Origin: Chrysomallon squamiferum
Taxonomy: Eukaryota; Animalia; Mollusca
Direction of reading: 5' to 3'
Assembly: GCA_012295275.1 (NCBI GenBank)
Contig: CM022679.1
Coordinates: forward strand, 28,458,001 to 28,522,000
Length of the DNA stretch: 64,000 nucleotides
The notes beneath the pieces were generated by a model. The model had not been told where the DNA came from. It did no database searches and saw only the letters and a program-made list of their open reading frames with translations. This document shows, one piece after another, positions 33,791 to 49,050 of the stretch. Each line of letters starts with the position of its first letter. Positions within the stretch are counted from its first letter, which is position 1. The position numbers and the translations under genes are program-made.

Positions 33791-35704
33791 AAACTGAGCC
33801 CAGTGAGCTGGGTTAGCGAGGTCTTTCACAAAGAAGCGATGACAGGAAGGACGCGCTCGTGTTTAATAACAACATTCTAGAGAAACACTTCAAACGCCAA
33901 GCCTCAGTCGCCGTTGTCAATGAAGAAAACGCCGAGAACAAAGCAGTTTGTCCGTGCGCCGGTTACGAACCTCTTGTGGCTCCATCTAGCGTGGAAATGA
34001 TGACGTACCCGCTTGTTTGACGACATCCTACGAGGGTTCCTGCAGTACCTTCGTTTAGTTCGTTTCAAATATGACGGCTTATGAAACCTCTTCAATAATT
34101 CCCCTTCTCATCTCCGCACAACGAACGAAAAATCATTTTGTCCTCGATACAGTGCTTTTCGCGAGTGATCTCCCTTGATTGCTCGGCTCAGCCACTGACG
34201 CGGGACGTCACACAAAACGTGCGATTATTCGAGTTAGTTTTCTTGTGTTCTGTTCTGAGGAATAACCCTCTCCAGAGATGACTGACTGTGACCAAGAAGC
34301 TCGCCCTGCTGTGTAATTAGGAGTGACGGGTCAAAGGTCGCACTCAAGAAACTAATGAAATTTCATTATCAGTGTCTTTAATCCTATGATTTCACGAAAT
34401 TTTCCTAAACATTTTTTTCCACGTTATTGTTGATAATCACAAACATCCCAGCATGCAAACATTGCCTCTGTGTGATACATGCGCCTGAAGCACAAAAATA
34501 CACGTGTGTTGTTATTGGTGACACACATTCTAGAAGCTTCTAGCATGGGAAATATGACAAATGTAAGAAACTGTGGATACATTTACCTTGATCTATACTG
34601 AAAATATTTGTACAGGGTAACTGATAAATAAATATATATATAAATATAAATATATATAATCAATAGACTTGCATTTGTAATTACAAAGACAAAATGAAAC
34701 AAAAAAAATAAGACAATAAATTTTCAGTTGTGATTACAGATATAAATAGTTTATTCTAATAATAAACAAACCGTTGTTCTTATTTAGACTTACTTCAGAG
34801 AACGGACAAATATTTCTAATTACAGGAATTTGATTTTAAAAATTGACTGTCATTTGCAATTACAAATACGTGTACTTCAGTCTAATAGCTAACACGTATT
34901 TCTAATTACAAACAAACGCATGATTCAAAAACGAACTCTCATTTGTAATTACAAGTAATTTATTGTAACAAAGAACACACAGTCGCAGTTACACACATTT
35001 CATTCAAACCCGTGGCAGCGATCCACCTTTATTAATCACACAAAACAGCAAACGTCAATCTTGTTTTGTCAGACGATCCCCTCTTCACTGGAACTTCCCG
35101 GATCAAATTAAAGACAATCAGTTTTAACTTATTTCACAATTACCACTGTTGATGTACGACGACTGCGATTACCGATATCGCCTTCGACATCGAAACATTC
35201 CCACACGACAAATGATCCGAGACAAAACGTTTGAACTTAGATAATGAAGTAAAATATATCAGCGCGCGGGTGTGAAACGGTTGGGGTTTTTTTTTTTTTT
35301 TGCAGCAAAGAACGAGACGTATCTGGTGACAGGCGAGGGGTGTGAAGATCGCGGCTCTTGCACTAAACTAGAGTCTGTTTGTGACACCTCGTCTGATGAA
35401 GATGTGCGTGGTTTCCGCCGCGTCACAAAAGAGTTCCTTTAAACAACGAGCGAGTCCTGTAATTAACTTTGATTAATGCTAATGCGGTGCTTTGAGAACG
35501 GAGGTGGAATTCAGTGCAGCTTCATGTCGTCTTTGCTTTATTCGTGAAAGGTCGCGTTACAGGAAATAAATTAATTTGTCTTTGCCAGCCTATCCCCCAC
35601 CAGTTTGTTCTCCCCCAGTGTATTCATTGTGATCTAAAAAGTAAAGTCAGGTGCTTTGCAGTTTAGAACTGTAGAGTAACCTTGAATTGCAGAATAGAAC
35701 AAAA

Positions 35705-35965
35705 TAAATACGTGTAGAATAATTAAACTTATAAAATACGTGTAGAATAATTAAACTTATAAAATACGTGTAGAATAATTTAAACTTTATAAAATACGTG
35801 TTGAATAATTTAAAGTGTATAAAATATGTGTAGATTAATTTAAACTGAATAAAATACCTATAAAATAATTTAAATTGAATAAACTAAGTGTAGAATAATG
35901 TAAACTGAATAAAATACGTGTAAAATAATTTAAACTGAACAAAATACGTGTAAAATAATTTAAAG
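35705..35965. repeat. 28-30-bp AT-rich minisatellite aaaatacgtgtagaataatt(t)aaacttat, about 9 copies
   Basis: Direct inspection. Confidence 0.88.
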
Positions 35966-38852
35966 TGACAGTTGTGCACTTGATTCACCTACAAATTTCA
36001 CTTGGATGTATGACTTTTCCCACTTAGAAACATAAAGCCATAAAAATGCATGCAGATCATAAATAAATTATAAAAAAGGAAGCCTGTACGTGTATGTGGA
36101 TGTAAATATGTAAGTGTGCAGTGTTGTTGATGTTAGTGATAAAAGTGAGGACGATGTTTTCATTGCAATTATTAGTTGTTGTCTTTTGTGTTTTGCTTCA
36201 TTAATTAAGAGTTTATGGGTTTTTCTTTTCTTCTTCTTCTTTTTTTTTTTTTCTCTTTAGTCTTTTCGTTTTCTTTCAAAGAAATGTTCCTTCTTTTAGT
36301 TTTGATATTACTAACACATGTCTTCGCCAATATTTCCCTGTGATTTTTCTCATTGATACATTCGCATGTCAACAGTGCATAAACCGAGCATTCTTCAGTC
36401 ACAGGCGTATTCATATCACAGAAGAATGTAAAGATGGCCTCTGTCTGCTTTGATATCACTGTAATTTGCCTCAATCGTTCGTGGATAAATTTAATCACTT
36501 TGGACAGGTATGAGTGCGTAGGTGAAACAGCCTCGCCACCAGCGAACCTATCAGTAACACGCAGCGACAGAACATCGTGTACACACAAACAGAGTTCTTG
36601 TCACAAAGTCTTTGTCGAACGCTTTGCGGAAACGCGATCTCTCGCCGATACGAAAATGGCTTATTCGCGATCATTGGCCTTGCGACGAAAGGTCCAAAGG
36701 AAGGCAAGGGAGGTCAATCCACGTCTTGCCTGTAATTTAGAATTTGACTTTGCTTTAGATCGTTTAATGACAACAACATGCACGCGTGTGTCGTTACAAC
36801 GATAAATGACAATTGAAATCGTTGATGAAATATAAGTAAAAGGAAGGGAAAAATGGCGTGACCTTGCGTAACGCGGAATTGTCAAAGAGTGACTGGTTTA
36901 ATGAAATCACAGCACGAAACTTCGTAGTTTAATTTTATTTTATTTCTGCCGATGATTGTATTGAATTTAAGTTAATGTTCTGTCCACTTCAGTAATCTGT
37001 TAATACTTAATTCAGAAAATACATTTACTTCTTTATCTACGTTTCTTTAAGATTCTACTGCTTCGTCTTCTGCTGCTGCTGTTTTACTGCTTCTGTTACT
37101 ACTACTACTACTAATACAACAACAACAACTATTATTACTTTCTGCTACTACTATTATTGTTGATGTAATTGTAATTGGTACTGTTTTCGTAGTTGTTATT
37201 ATTGTTATCTCGCTGTTGTTGCCACTGTTGTCCTATGTCCTAATGAAGTTGGCAAAAGTTACGATTGCTGTTCTCTTTGTTTTAAAGTCGTTTTTCTCGT
37301 TTCTTTGTAAGATTATTTAAACTAATTCAAAACTTCGTCAGTTAATTATAATTACCCGTATAATTAATTACAAAGCGAAAACCAACAAGACAAAAATTAC
37401 TATAAATAAATAAATATAAAAATTAATAATTATTATGATGAAATAAACACCATATCTCTTTTTTAATATTTACATGGAACGAAATCTAGCTCCAGATATC
37501 AGACTTGTAAGTTATAAAATATTATTCTAGATACTGCACGAAACTGATTTGCGTTATTTAATGGAATACGTGGATATGTATCAATAGTTTTGTGTCAATA
37601 TTTATTATACAGTGGTGACAAATAGGGTCTGTTTGTTCAGTTTCACAAATAGGGAACTGTATGACATGACCTTTGATAAATAAATTATTGCAATACTTGG
37701 AAAAGGAAATACATGTCGCATTTTAAACCCTGAAGGCAATCAAAGTCAAAAACGTAAATTTGTTTCCAGTATTATATAGAAAAAAACGTATAATTATATG
37801 TTTCTGTTTTTATTTATTTATTTATTTATTTATTTATCAGTATTTTTAACGTTTGGAAGAATTTTCCGCTCGTCGTATATTAATATCGCAATTTTATGTT
37901 TCGCTTTTTTCTTTTCATTTGTGTCTGGGTTTTTTTAACAATAGAAACCAAATATCTTCGTCTCAGTGTTTGCTCTAACACTTTTATTACTAGTCTAACA
38001 TCTACTCACAAGCAAATACTTGATTAAAAACGATTTGTAGACAAAACAAACAAAAAAACAACAACGTCATGAAAGAGATTTATTTCTTTCGATAATGACT
38101 TCTGTAATAATATTGACGAAACACTTCTATTAAAACTGATTATATGAAAAAAATATTTGTACACGATTCGACACAAATTTACACCTGTCTACAAACTTAC
38201 TTTGTAGTATACGCTGTAAACAAAACTGCCATGTTAAAAATAACCAAAAAATACAAACACCATAATACAAAAACTACAAGGTAAAAACTTACTTTATTTA
38301 ATATCGTGTTTATTATTTTCTTCAGTGGTGTTTCGTTTTTTTTTTCATTCTTTCTTTTTTTTCAGATGAAGAAAGCTTCGTATATTGCGTTATAATGAAA
38401 CTTCCTGCCTAATAAATTCACGTTCATGTCTGCGTGTTTACTCTCTGTTTACTGGCTCTAATCCTGTCTTTGTGTGTCACACATCCACGGAGAAAAGATA
38501 CAAATTACACACTCGTTTGCAAGACTTGTTCATAAATTGGAAAAGAGGGTGTTTGGCGCGAAGGGTGAAAAGATCGCACGTTGAAAGGGTTCGCTGGTGT
38601 CAGTGGGGGGGGGCGCACTGGGTGGGGTTACGTGTTCTACACGGAGATCAAATGAGAAATCAGAGAGATGAGAATGTGGCTGTTTGACACATCACTTGTT
38701 TGTCAGCCGGCTTAACACGCTGTAGTTGTAGGAGAAAGAAGTAAAAACACAGCACTGAAGGCAGACACATGTTAAAACTTCTCACATTCAAGTTGTCGGT
38801 TGGCATCATCATTTTCAGTTATCACCTGTTATCCGTGTCTCTCTGTATCCCA

Positions 38853-39832
38853 AGTAACAGGGCTAACTTATCCTGTACTTTCACATATGTAACATGTTAA
38901 TTTATCCTGTACTTTCAAACACATGTAACAGTTTTAACGTATCCTGTACTTTCACACGTGTAACATGTTAATTTATGCTGTACTTTCACACATGTAACAG
39001 TTTTAACTTATCCTGTACTATCACACGTCTAACAATGTTAACGTATCCTGTACTTTCACACATGTAACAGTGTTAACTTATCTTGTACTTTCACACGGGT
39101 AACAGTTTTAACTTATCCCGAACATTCACACTTGTAACAGTTTTAACTTATCCCGTACATTCACACTTGTAACAGTGTTAACTTATCCTGTCCATTCACA
39201 CTTGTAACAGTGTTAACTTATCCTGTCCATTCACACATGTAACAGTGTTAACGTATCCTGTACTTTCACACATGTAACAGTTTTAACTTATCCTGTACTA
39301 TCACACGTCTAACAATGTTAACGTATCCTGTACTTTCACACATGTAACAGTGTTAACTTATCTTGTACTTTCACACGGGTAACAGTTTTAACTTATCCCG
39401 AACATTCACACTTGTAACAGTGTTAACTTATCCTGTCCATTCACACTTGTAACAGTGTTAACTTATCCTGTCCATTCACACATGTAACAGTGTTAACGTA
39501 TCCTGTACTTTCACACATGTAACAGTGTTAACTTATCCTGTACATTCACACATGTAACAGTTTTAACTTATCCTGTACTTTCACACATGTAACAGTGTTA
39601 ACTTATCCTGTACTTTCACACGGGTAACAGTTTTAACTTATCCCGTACATTCACACTTGTAACAGTTTTAACTTATCCTGTACTTTCACACATGTAACAG
39701 TGTTAAGTTATCCTGTACCTTCACACATGTAACAGTTTTAATTTATCCTGTACCTTCACACGGGTAACAGTTTTAATTTATCCTGTACTTTCACACCGGT
39801 AACAGTGTCAACTTATCCGGTACATTCACACC
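38853..39832. repeat. 35-bp minisatellite gtaacagtgttaacttatcctgtactttcacacat, about 28 copies, with a 280-bp higher-order duplication
   Basis: The variant tatcacacgtctaacaatg recurs at about 39019 and 39299. Confidence 0.95.
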
Positions 39833-40105
39833 TGCTATTGCATCTGTGGATCAATTAAAATAAGCTTTTGCTTTTTCTTGACAATAAGTTAAACCTTTAT
39901 CCAACACGAGGGCTGAGAAATCTCAAGTGGAGGACGCGGGAATAAAGTTAATCTCCCAGCATTGTACGTCCTGTAGTATTCTTTCACTGAGACTTAGTAC
40001 AAATTCCTCACTTGAAATTATCCCAAGCCAGTCTTTACTTGTTTTATATTTTACACATATATAAAAGTTTTTATTAACAACTTTTATTTCAATATTACTG
40101 CAAAC

Positions 40106-40191
<86 letters not shown>

Positions 40192-40395
40192 GTGTATGTG
40201 TCACTGAATATCATTCTCATTGTTATGTTCTGTCTCACTCTCTCTCTTTTTTTTTCTCTCTCTCTCTCTCTTGTAGTTGTGGTTGTTACTGTTATCGTTG
40301 TCATAATCATCATGATCAGTAACACTATTACTATTATTAATTTCTATTATTATTATTACAATATTTATAATAATAAAAAAAAAATAATAATAATA

Positions 40396-40434
<39 letters not shown>

Positions 40435-40717
40435 ATTATTATTATTATTTAATGTAAATTGAAAATAGTTTGAACTTCTCTGATCTCATTTTCTAATCGC
40501 ACGAAACATTTGACAGTTGATATAATTGTTTTGACAGAATCGTTCACTGACCTTGCTTTGGTAGTGCCAGAAAGTGCTAAACGCAAAACTAGAACAACAC
40601 AACACAAAAAGAAAGTTTATCTCATAAATAGAATATCTACATCCTTTTCCTCTGTGAATTTATTGTTGTTGGAGATTTTCTGACACGTATGTGCTTTGCA
40701 GGGAAATAAAAAAAAGT

Positions 40718-40754
<37 letters not shown>

Positions 40755-41334
40755 ATCGGATACTTTCTTCTACATTTAATTAAGGATGAGGTTTCTGATT
40801 TCGGATAAAAGTAGTGTATATATATATATATATATGTTTTTTCGGATTCTGATAGATGTGTGTCACAGAATTTCATTTTCACTTAATTCTTCATAAAAAC
40901 AAACCCAAAATGCAATGGTCGAAGTTCTTCTAGAAGTTGGATAGATAATTTTGTTTTAAGTTAATTCTTCAGAAAATAAAATCCAGTACAATAACCAGAA
41001 TTTTTTCTATTTCATTTTAACAAAAATAAAATAAAATAAAATAAATAAATTGAAACCTACTAACTAAAAAGGTATATATATTAAGATAAAAGTCTTGTTG
41101 TTATTGCATAATGCTGTCAAACATTAGATTTAGGTTAAAAAAGTTTGAGTGAATTTTATTATTTGTTAGTAATAACAACAAAAGCTATTATTATTATTGT
41201 TACTGCTATTGTTGTCGTCGTCGTCGTCGTTGTTTTTGTTATTATGATTATTATTGTTGTTGTTGTTATTGTTATTATTGCTATTATCATTATTGTTGTT
41301 ATTATTATTATTATGTTATACATGCTCATGTGCT

Positions 41335-41389
<55 letters not shown>

Positions 41390-42203
41390 GTCAGGTGATA
41401 TGTTTGTACACACACGTATGGTTTACCACGTTTAGATTCAAAAACGAGATTTGCAGTTCATCAGTTTTCTCTCTTCACTAGAAGCCATCGCCGTTCAAAC
41501 CGACTTCTAATCCAGCTAATAAAATACTTGTACTACAAACACGACGGCAGATGATGTTCCGCGGCGATACTGAAGCAGCTACCACACAAAGTGTGTCCCG
41601 GGGATGCGTCTGTCGGAGAAAACGCCGCTGCAGACGGCAGACAATCAATCGGCGGTCACGCGAGGTTAAGCTGTTTCCATTGATCGACGCGGATAACGTC
41701 CATTAGCGCTTCGCTAATTTGACAAGATTTTCGAAATATTCGCAGTTAATTTCGCAGAAAATTGTCGTTTATCGCTGTCAGCTTTGTTTTTCAGCCTCCA
41801 GCCGATTTTGTCCGGAAAATCACGAAGGAGACGGGAGAGGGGCTATGTCAATTATCGGGAAGATTAACAATCTCGTTCTGTTCGGGAGGCTTTCGGGGTT
41901 TGCTGAAGTAATTTGTGCATCGTCCAGTATTTGTGATACTTAGACGAAAACTTGTTATTTCGTCTAAACATGCCCAGTGGCTGTAGGTATTAGCTCGCCT
42001 GTAGTTGCTGGAAAATTGGCAGTATAAACTCGAGAAAGAAAAGCGACTAAAATGTTTATTTAATGCGGTCTCAACACACTGTTTATTTTAAACCGACTGG
42101 TGAATGCTAAAGAGACGAGACGAGACCAACTTTTTATATTTTATTTAGTTCACATATGTGAATTTATATTCTTTACGTTAAAAGCATTATTAATTTTAAT
42201 TTA

Positions 42204-42530
<327 letters not shown>

Positions 42531-43063
42531 TACGATACACTATATCGGCACAGGTAATGAGCAATTACAGCGAATTAGGCAGACAAATAAACGGAGAATG
42601 GCGAGGTATTTCTCACTGGTTTATTAAAGGCTGTTATTGACAGGCCAAATTAAATCTGAGAATAACTCTTACCCTTGTTGGTAGCTTCGTGTGACCTGTT
42701 ATCACACGAGTAAACAAATATACACCTATATACTTCACCCTGATTGAGGAAACTAACTTTATTGAGCCGTGCAGGTGGGCACAGTAAATAAAACACGGAC
42801 CGGATTTTGAGAAGATTATACAAATTCTACAGTTTATTCTCACTGAATTTGCGCTCTCTTTGAATTCAGAAAAATCTCGATTGGAACAATAAATATAATG
42901 ATCTAAATCTTTCACGTTTTGTTTGGTTTGGAGTAATTTAGAGAGAGAGAGAGAGAGAAAAAAAAAAGAGCAGAGTGATTTTGCTTTTATCGTTTTAGTT
43001 AATGATGCAGCGGAATTTATATTTTTATTTACTTATTTATTTATTTATTAATTATTATTATTA

Positions 43064-43107
<44 letters not shown>

Positions 43108-43694
43108 TTGAAAGAGACAATTATTTTAATAAAAGAAGAATAGTAAATAAATAAAAAAGAAATACTAATTTAGTTTTCCGTCTTGATTATTATGTGGGGG
43201 GGTTTGTCGTCGATTATAGGTTTTGGTTATTTATTTATTTATTTATTTACTTACTTGTTCACTTACTTACTTACTTATTATTTTATATTTATTTATTTAC
43301 TTATTTATTTATTTATTACTTGTTCTCTAATTTATTTTAATGGGAATGAAATGTGAAGGTTGCATATTGTATGTACATTTGTCATTTCTGTTTTCATTCT
43401 TTCATTTATTTTATTTACAGAATATAGAAGACAAATTTAATTTCTACGAATAAACTGAAAATATAATGTAAAGATGTAAATAAACACATAAAATAACTAC
43501 GTATGAATAACAGCAATAAAATAATAACTATATGTTTCTGAACATTATTATTATGTTTATATCGTTGTTTTCCGGATGCTTTCCTGTCCATGGAAAGGTA
43601 TAAAAGTTTCTTTATTGCTTGCTAATCAATAACTGCAGTGACTGCAGATTTCCTTTTTCAAACACTATCAAACCGAACTTGATATAATAAAAGA

Positions 43695-43725
<31 letters not shown>

Positions 43726-44399
43726 AGTCGTTAAATATTTCGTCTCATTGCAGTACAAATATTGGCGTATCTAATAACTGATAATTTTATATGTTGAGAT
43801 GTTATTAAATGAAGTAATACACATGTGTATGATATACACCTGTTATGTGAGTGTGTGGTGTGTATTATTTTTCTTTCTCTCTGCTGTGGTCGACACGAGA
43901 CATTGTCTCGGGCTGACTCGGTGTTTTCCGGTCGAGAAGAAACAATTTGGGAATTTGTCATTACAAATACGTAATCCCACACCTTCACTCGGGCAAACAA
44001 ATGGGAAAAATGATCCTATTTAGAGAGTCAATACCGCGTAAAGTATTCCGCAGAATGCGCGAAAAAGCTGCACAATTACGTTCTCCGTTCAAACAATGTA
44101 AACACTGTCGATGTGTTAAGGATATATTTTGTCAGAAAGAGATAATAAGCTTGTTTATTTCACGGAGCACGTGGACAAAGCGGTGTGGCTGCGGTCTGGG
44201 TATCAAATACTCTTGTACGACCGTATTGTCGGGTTGTTATGTGATAGCTGAGAAATATTAACCCGTCTGTTTGAAAAATTAACAAACCCCATCGAGGAAG
44301 AAGGGTGAGAGAAACTGCAGCAGACACAAACCGCGTCGAAACGAGATGTGTGTTCACGCAGACACACACCGAGAGAAGCTTTCGTTGTAGCTCCAAAAA

Positions 44400-44760
44400 A
44401 GCCGCAAAACGATCGCCCTCGCCCCCCACCCCCACCCCGTCAATGGTCGCGTTCTTTTTGAGTGTTAATTAGATCTGAATGACAGCTGTGGGCGGAGCTT
44501 CGCCCGGTGATTGTGCGAGTGTGAGGCGCAGACGGCAGTGGTGAAGCCGGGGAGTTCCGAGGCGTCGTCAACGAGTGACGTGACGAATCCCGCCTGCCAA
44601 TCACGTTGACGTCTTCTGCTGGAAACGCCGCTCACATTTCCACTGGAATCGGTTCAGACATTTGGCTACTTATGAGCTCGAAGTAACACAAACCAAAACG
44701 TCTGATCTATCGCGCATCGGGAGCCTTCAGTGCAGTTATTGGCGAAACCGTGTGGAGCAA
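44400..44760 (+). promoter_or_regulatory. Putative netrin promoter (CpG-rich; GC box, CCAAT, CRE-like)
   Basis: GGGCGG 44490-44495, CCAAT 44597-44601, TGACGTC 44607-44613 and TGACGTGACG in a GC-rich island 0.6-0.9 kb upstream of the ATG. TSS not determinable from sequence. Confidence 0.55.
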
Positions 44761-45350
44761 TAGTTAATTCACACTGACGTGTTTTGGCATCGGAGAAACG
44801 TATCTGCCTTCTCATTCAGTTGTCGTTAGACCAGCCACACACAACAGCTTCAAACTTTCGCCGTAAACTCAGATATATCTGTTTCCATCGAGGCTTTTAC
44901 GCGTGTGTGAGCTTGCTGGGGGATATCTTTTGTGTTGTTTGTTTATTATTATTTTATTTTTATTTTTATAATTATTTTTATACAATTTTATTTCATTTTA
45001 TTTTATTTTATTTTATTATTATTTTTTTTTTCCTTTTCGGATACTTAACAGTCTGGATTCTGAAAGGTGTGTTTCGGACGATTAATTTCTGTTTTCTTGA
45101 AGATTCTCGCTTTAACTCAATGGACATCAAATTGTTTGGTTTTCATGGTAACAGCGAGGGATGAGAAAAAAAAGTCGCGGTTTCTAATGAAACTCGAGAT
45201 CAGATTTTAAAGCTCGGCTAATCTCGTTGTACACTGGATCATAAATGAATCGGTTCGGATGATACACGCTAGGAACGGACTGACGCGAAGCTCTGTGTGT
45301 GAGGCTATGTGAGACTGGTTCACTGTGTGACAGCAACCCTACCGTGCACA

Positions 45351-46383
45351 ATGCGAGTCTGGACTCCCCGCGGGGCTGTTCTGCTGACCAGGCTGCAGGT
45401 CGTGCTGACCACTGGACTCTTACTGCTGCAGTTCGCACGTGCGTCCAACTACATTAAAATGTTCGCAGGGCAGCAGGCCCCACCAGATCCGTGCTACGAC
45501 GGCAAACCGCGCAGGTGCATTCCTGACTTTGTCAACGCCGCTTTCGGGAAGGAAGTGATTGCATCCAGCACGTGCGGCTCCCCGCCAAGCCGGTACTGCA
45601 CGTCGAACTCGGACAAGGACGGAAAAGTGATACGGAACTGTTTCATTTGTGATGCCAATCATCCCAAACGGCGGCATCACACCGGCTACCTCACAGATCT
45701 CAACAACCCCAACAATGTCACCTGCTGGATGTCAGAACCCTTCGTGCAGTATCCCAAAAACGTCACTCTGAAGTTAGCGCTGAACAAAAAATACGAGTTG
45801 ACGTACATTAGCTTACAGTTTTGTTCTGCCAGGCCGGACTCGATGGCGATCTACAAAAGCATGGACTACGGGAAAACGTGGATACCGTTCCAGTACTACT
45901 CCAGCGAGTGTAAGAAAATGTACAACAAAAACGCCGTGGCTGTCGTCACGAAAGCCAACGAGCAGGAGGCTCTTTGCACCGAGGCCTACAGCAACATCGA
46001 TCCCCTGAGTGGGGCCAGGGTGGCGTTCAGCACTCTCGAGGGTCGACCCTCCGCCTACGACTTCGACAACAGCCCAGTGCTGCAGGACTGGGTGACGGCC
46101 ACGGACATCATGATCGTCTTCAACAAGCTCAACACGTACGGGGACGAGGAGAAGGACGAGGCGGGGGCCAGGGAGAGCTACTACTACGCTCTGTCCGACT
46201 TCGCCGTCGGTGGTCGCTGCAAGTGCAACGGCCACGCCTCGAGATGCATTCCAAACAGGGAGGGGAGACTGATGTGCGACTGCAAACACAACACAGCGGG
46301 CTACGACTGTGAAAAGTGCAAACCATTCCATTACGATCGGCCCTGGGCCAGAGCTACGTCGAGAGACGCCAACGAGTGTGTCG
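45351..46383 (+). CDS. NTN1: Netrin (UNC-6/netrin-1 family) first coding exon: signal peptide, laminin N-terminal domain VI and EGF repeat V-1
   Basis: [97 protein letters not shown]; ATG at 45351; donor G|gtgagt. No later exon seen in the window. Confidence 0.97.
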
Positions 46384-46505
46384 GTGAGTAAAACAAAAAC
46401 ACAGTTTAGTCATCTTTTGTGTGCAAGATAGCATCCTTCTGTCTCTGGTGGCATTTAGATTATTTTTTATTTATTCATTTTATTTTAATTTAATTATTAT
46501 TTAAA

Positions 46506-46576
<71 letters not shown>

Positions 46577-46577
46577 G

Positions 46578-46618
<41 letters not shown>

Positions 46619-47083
46619 GATTATTATTATTATTAGTTTTATTATTATTATTATCATCATCATTATTGTTATCATTATCATTATCATCATTATTATTATG
46701 ATTATGATGATTATCATTATTATTATTATCATTATTATTATTATTAATGTTACACTTATAATTAAAATTATTTGTGAAAGTGTTTAGCTATGCGTCGATC
46801 AAAAATGTATTTATTTATTTACTTACCTACCTAATTACTCTAATTTACGTTAAAAGATATTAATTAGTAATTGATATATAAGAAGAAACATTTTTTTACT
46901 AACACAATTAAAAATACAGGAAACAAAATATTTTGAAACTTGGTTTGTATTTCAGAAATTTCAAGGATTCGATTTGTTTTATATATTTGTGTACCACTTT
47001 AAACTGCATATTTAATTTCCAACACTGAAAATAAATAATTATTTACTGAGAAATTATCTGTAACTGTTTACATAAAGAACAAA

Positions 47084-47170
<87 letters not shown>

Positions 47171-47217
47171 CATAATAAAAACAATATAATAACAATAACG
47201 TTATTATTATTATTACA

Positions 47218-47264
<47 letters not shown>

Positions 47265-48695
47265 AACATTATATAGTTCTGAATTGAGACTTCTGCAAAT
47301 ATAATTCACTGGATTAATGTATTATATTTTTCCTGTAGAAACATAAAGATAATAAACTGCAACTCACTGACAGAAAAACAAAATACTGAGCTGATACTCG
47401 TGTTAAATTACAAAATATTGTATCTCACAGCAATGTTGATAGTCCCGTTTTGCTAGTGACATGGTAGAACTGTATACTTTAATTTGTTCTAGGTCAGTGA
47501 CAAATATTCAAATTTTGTTCCAATGTTCTAGGTGCTTTTGTTTAACTGGAAGGGAAGGAGTTCAGTAAATAATAAATACTTTTAAATTAAAGTTTGAATA
47601 TTTTAAATTATACTGTTTTGAGTAAAATGAAGCTAAAACATAATTATATAAATTTATAAATAACGTTTGATACAGAAAATGTAAGAACGAATTTTTCATT
47701 TAGTTTTTGTTTTTTACTTTTTCTTTTCCTTTCTCGCTTTCTTTCATTTTTCCAATCTTCCGTTTTTCGTTTTTCTTTCATTCTTGCTTTCATTTTCTTG
47801 TCGTGTGTTTTTCTTTTTATTCTTTTTTTCAGATTTCTTTTATATATTTTTTCTGTTCGTTCCTTCTTTCTTTCTTTACTTTTTTTCCTTTTCTTTCTTT
47901 TTAGTTTATGTTTTGTTACTTTCAGTAATAGGCGTGATAGTGTTTTCATTCTCTCTTCATGTCTGTAAATAACTTTTTTATTTTTATTGCTGCTTTTATT
48001 TTATTACTTTCTCTCTATTATTTCTACACACCATTTCGTGAAGGTGGGTTTTGGAGTGCATTTTTTTCTCATATTTTTATTGTTCTATTCTTCTTCTTCT
48101 TCTTTATCTTCTCAATCTTTCTTAATCTTTTCACGGAAACCAAGTGATAAATAATATAATATTCATATTCTGTAAAAATCACTCTGTCTAGTAACGTAAA
48201 TTGTATTGCTCTGGGTGCCTCTAGTTATTTGCTTTTCCCTTCTTCGTGTTTTTTTTTTTAAAGTTATTCATATTTCACTATAATGTTTAATCCATGTAAT
48301 GACTCTGAATTTAAACTTCATGTTTTCGTTTAATTTCAGCTTCTTTTTTCTTCTTAAAATTTTTCACGAGCATGCTGTCACATTTTATTTTTTCTTCAGT
48401 TTTTCTCTCTTCCTCTTCTTTTTTTCCCTTACTTTTCTTTTTCTTTCTTTCTTTTTGTCGTTTCTCGCCTTCCTTCTTGTGAGATTTTCCAGACTGTGCA
48501 GGTTTTATAGCTCGTGATTTCCTGTAACTGAATCGAGGTGGTCTCACACTGAAACTATCACATAGCATCACTGAACGCACACGTGCGGACACGTGCTGAA
48601 ACTTTATCACCTGTTTTCGCTGTTCCGCTGTTTTTTTTTAAGCATTCGTTGATTACTGCAACAGTCTGAATCTTAACTGCAGCAAACAACAACAA

Positions 48696-48768
<73 letters not shown>

Positions 48769-48814
48769 TTTATTTTTCTCTGTTCTCCTTTCTTTATTTC
48801 TTTTTAAATTTTTT

Positions 48815-48846
<32 letters not shown>

Positions 48847-48974
48847 ACATATTTAAAATTCCATTTTTTCGAAATATAAATCATTCAAAAATTTCTTAGC
48901 TAATCTACTAATACTCTTAACGTTCCTCGCTGTAGTCTACAAAATTATGTTCTTCTGGGTGGCGAGATTATGGT

Positions 48975-49050
48975 TAAAATTTAATTTTAATGTTATAATT
49001 TAATAAGACTCTGGATAAAATTTAATTTTAATGTTATAATTTAATAAGAC
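48975..49050. repeat. 42-bp-period tandem duplication (taaaatttaattttaatgttataatttaataagac x2)
   Basis: Direct inspection. Confidence 0.85.

Noticed and set aside
45309-45350. ORF-track start of netrin
   Set aside because: It is a GTG; the ATG at 45351 directly precedes the signal peptide.
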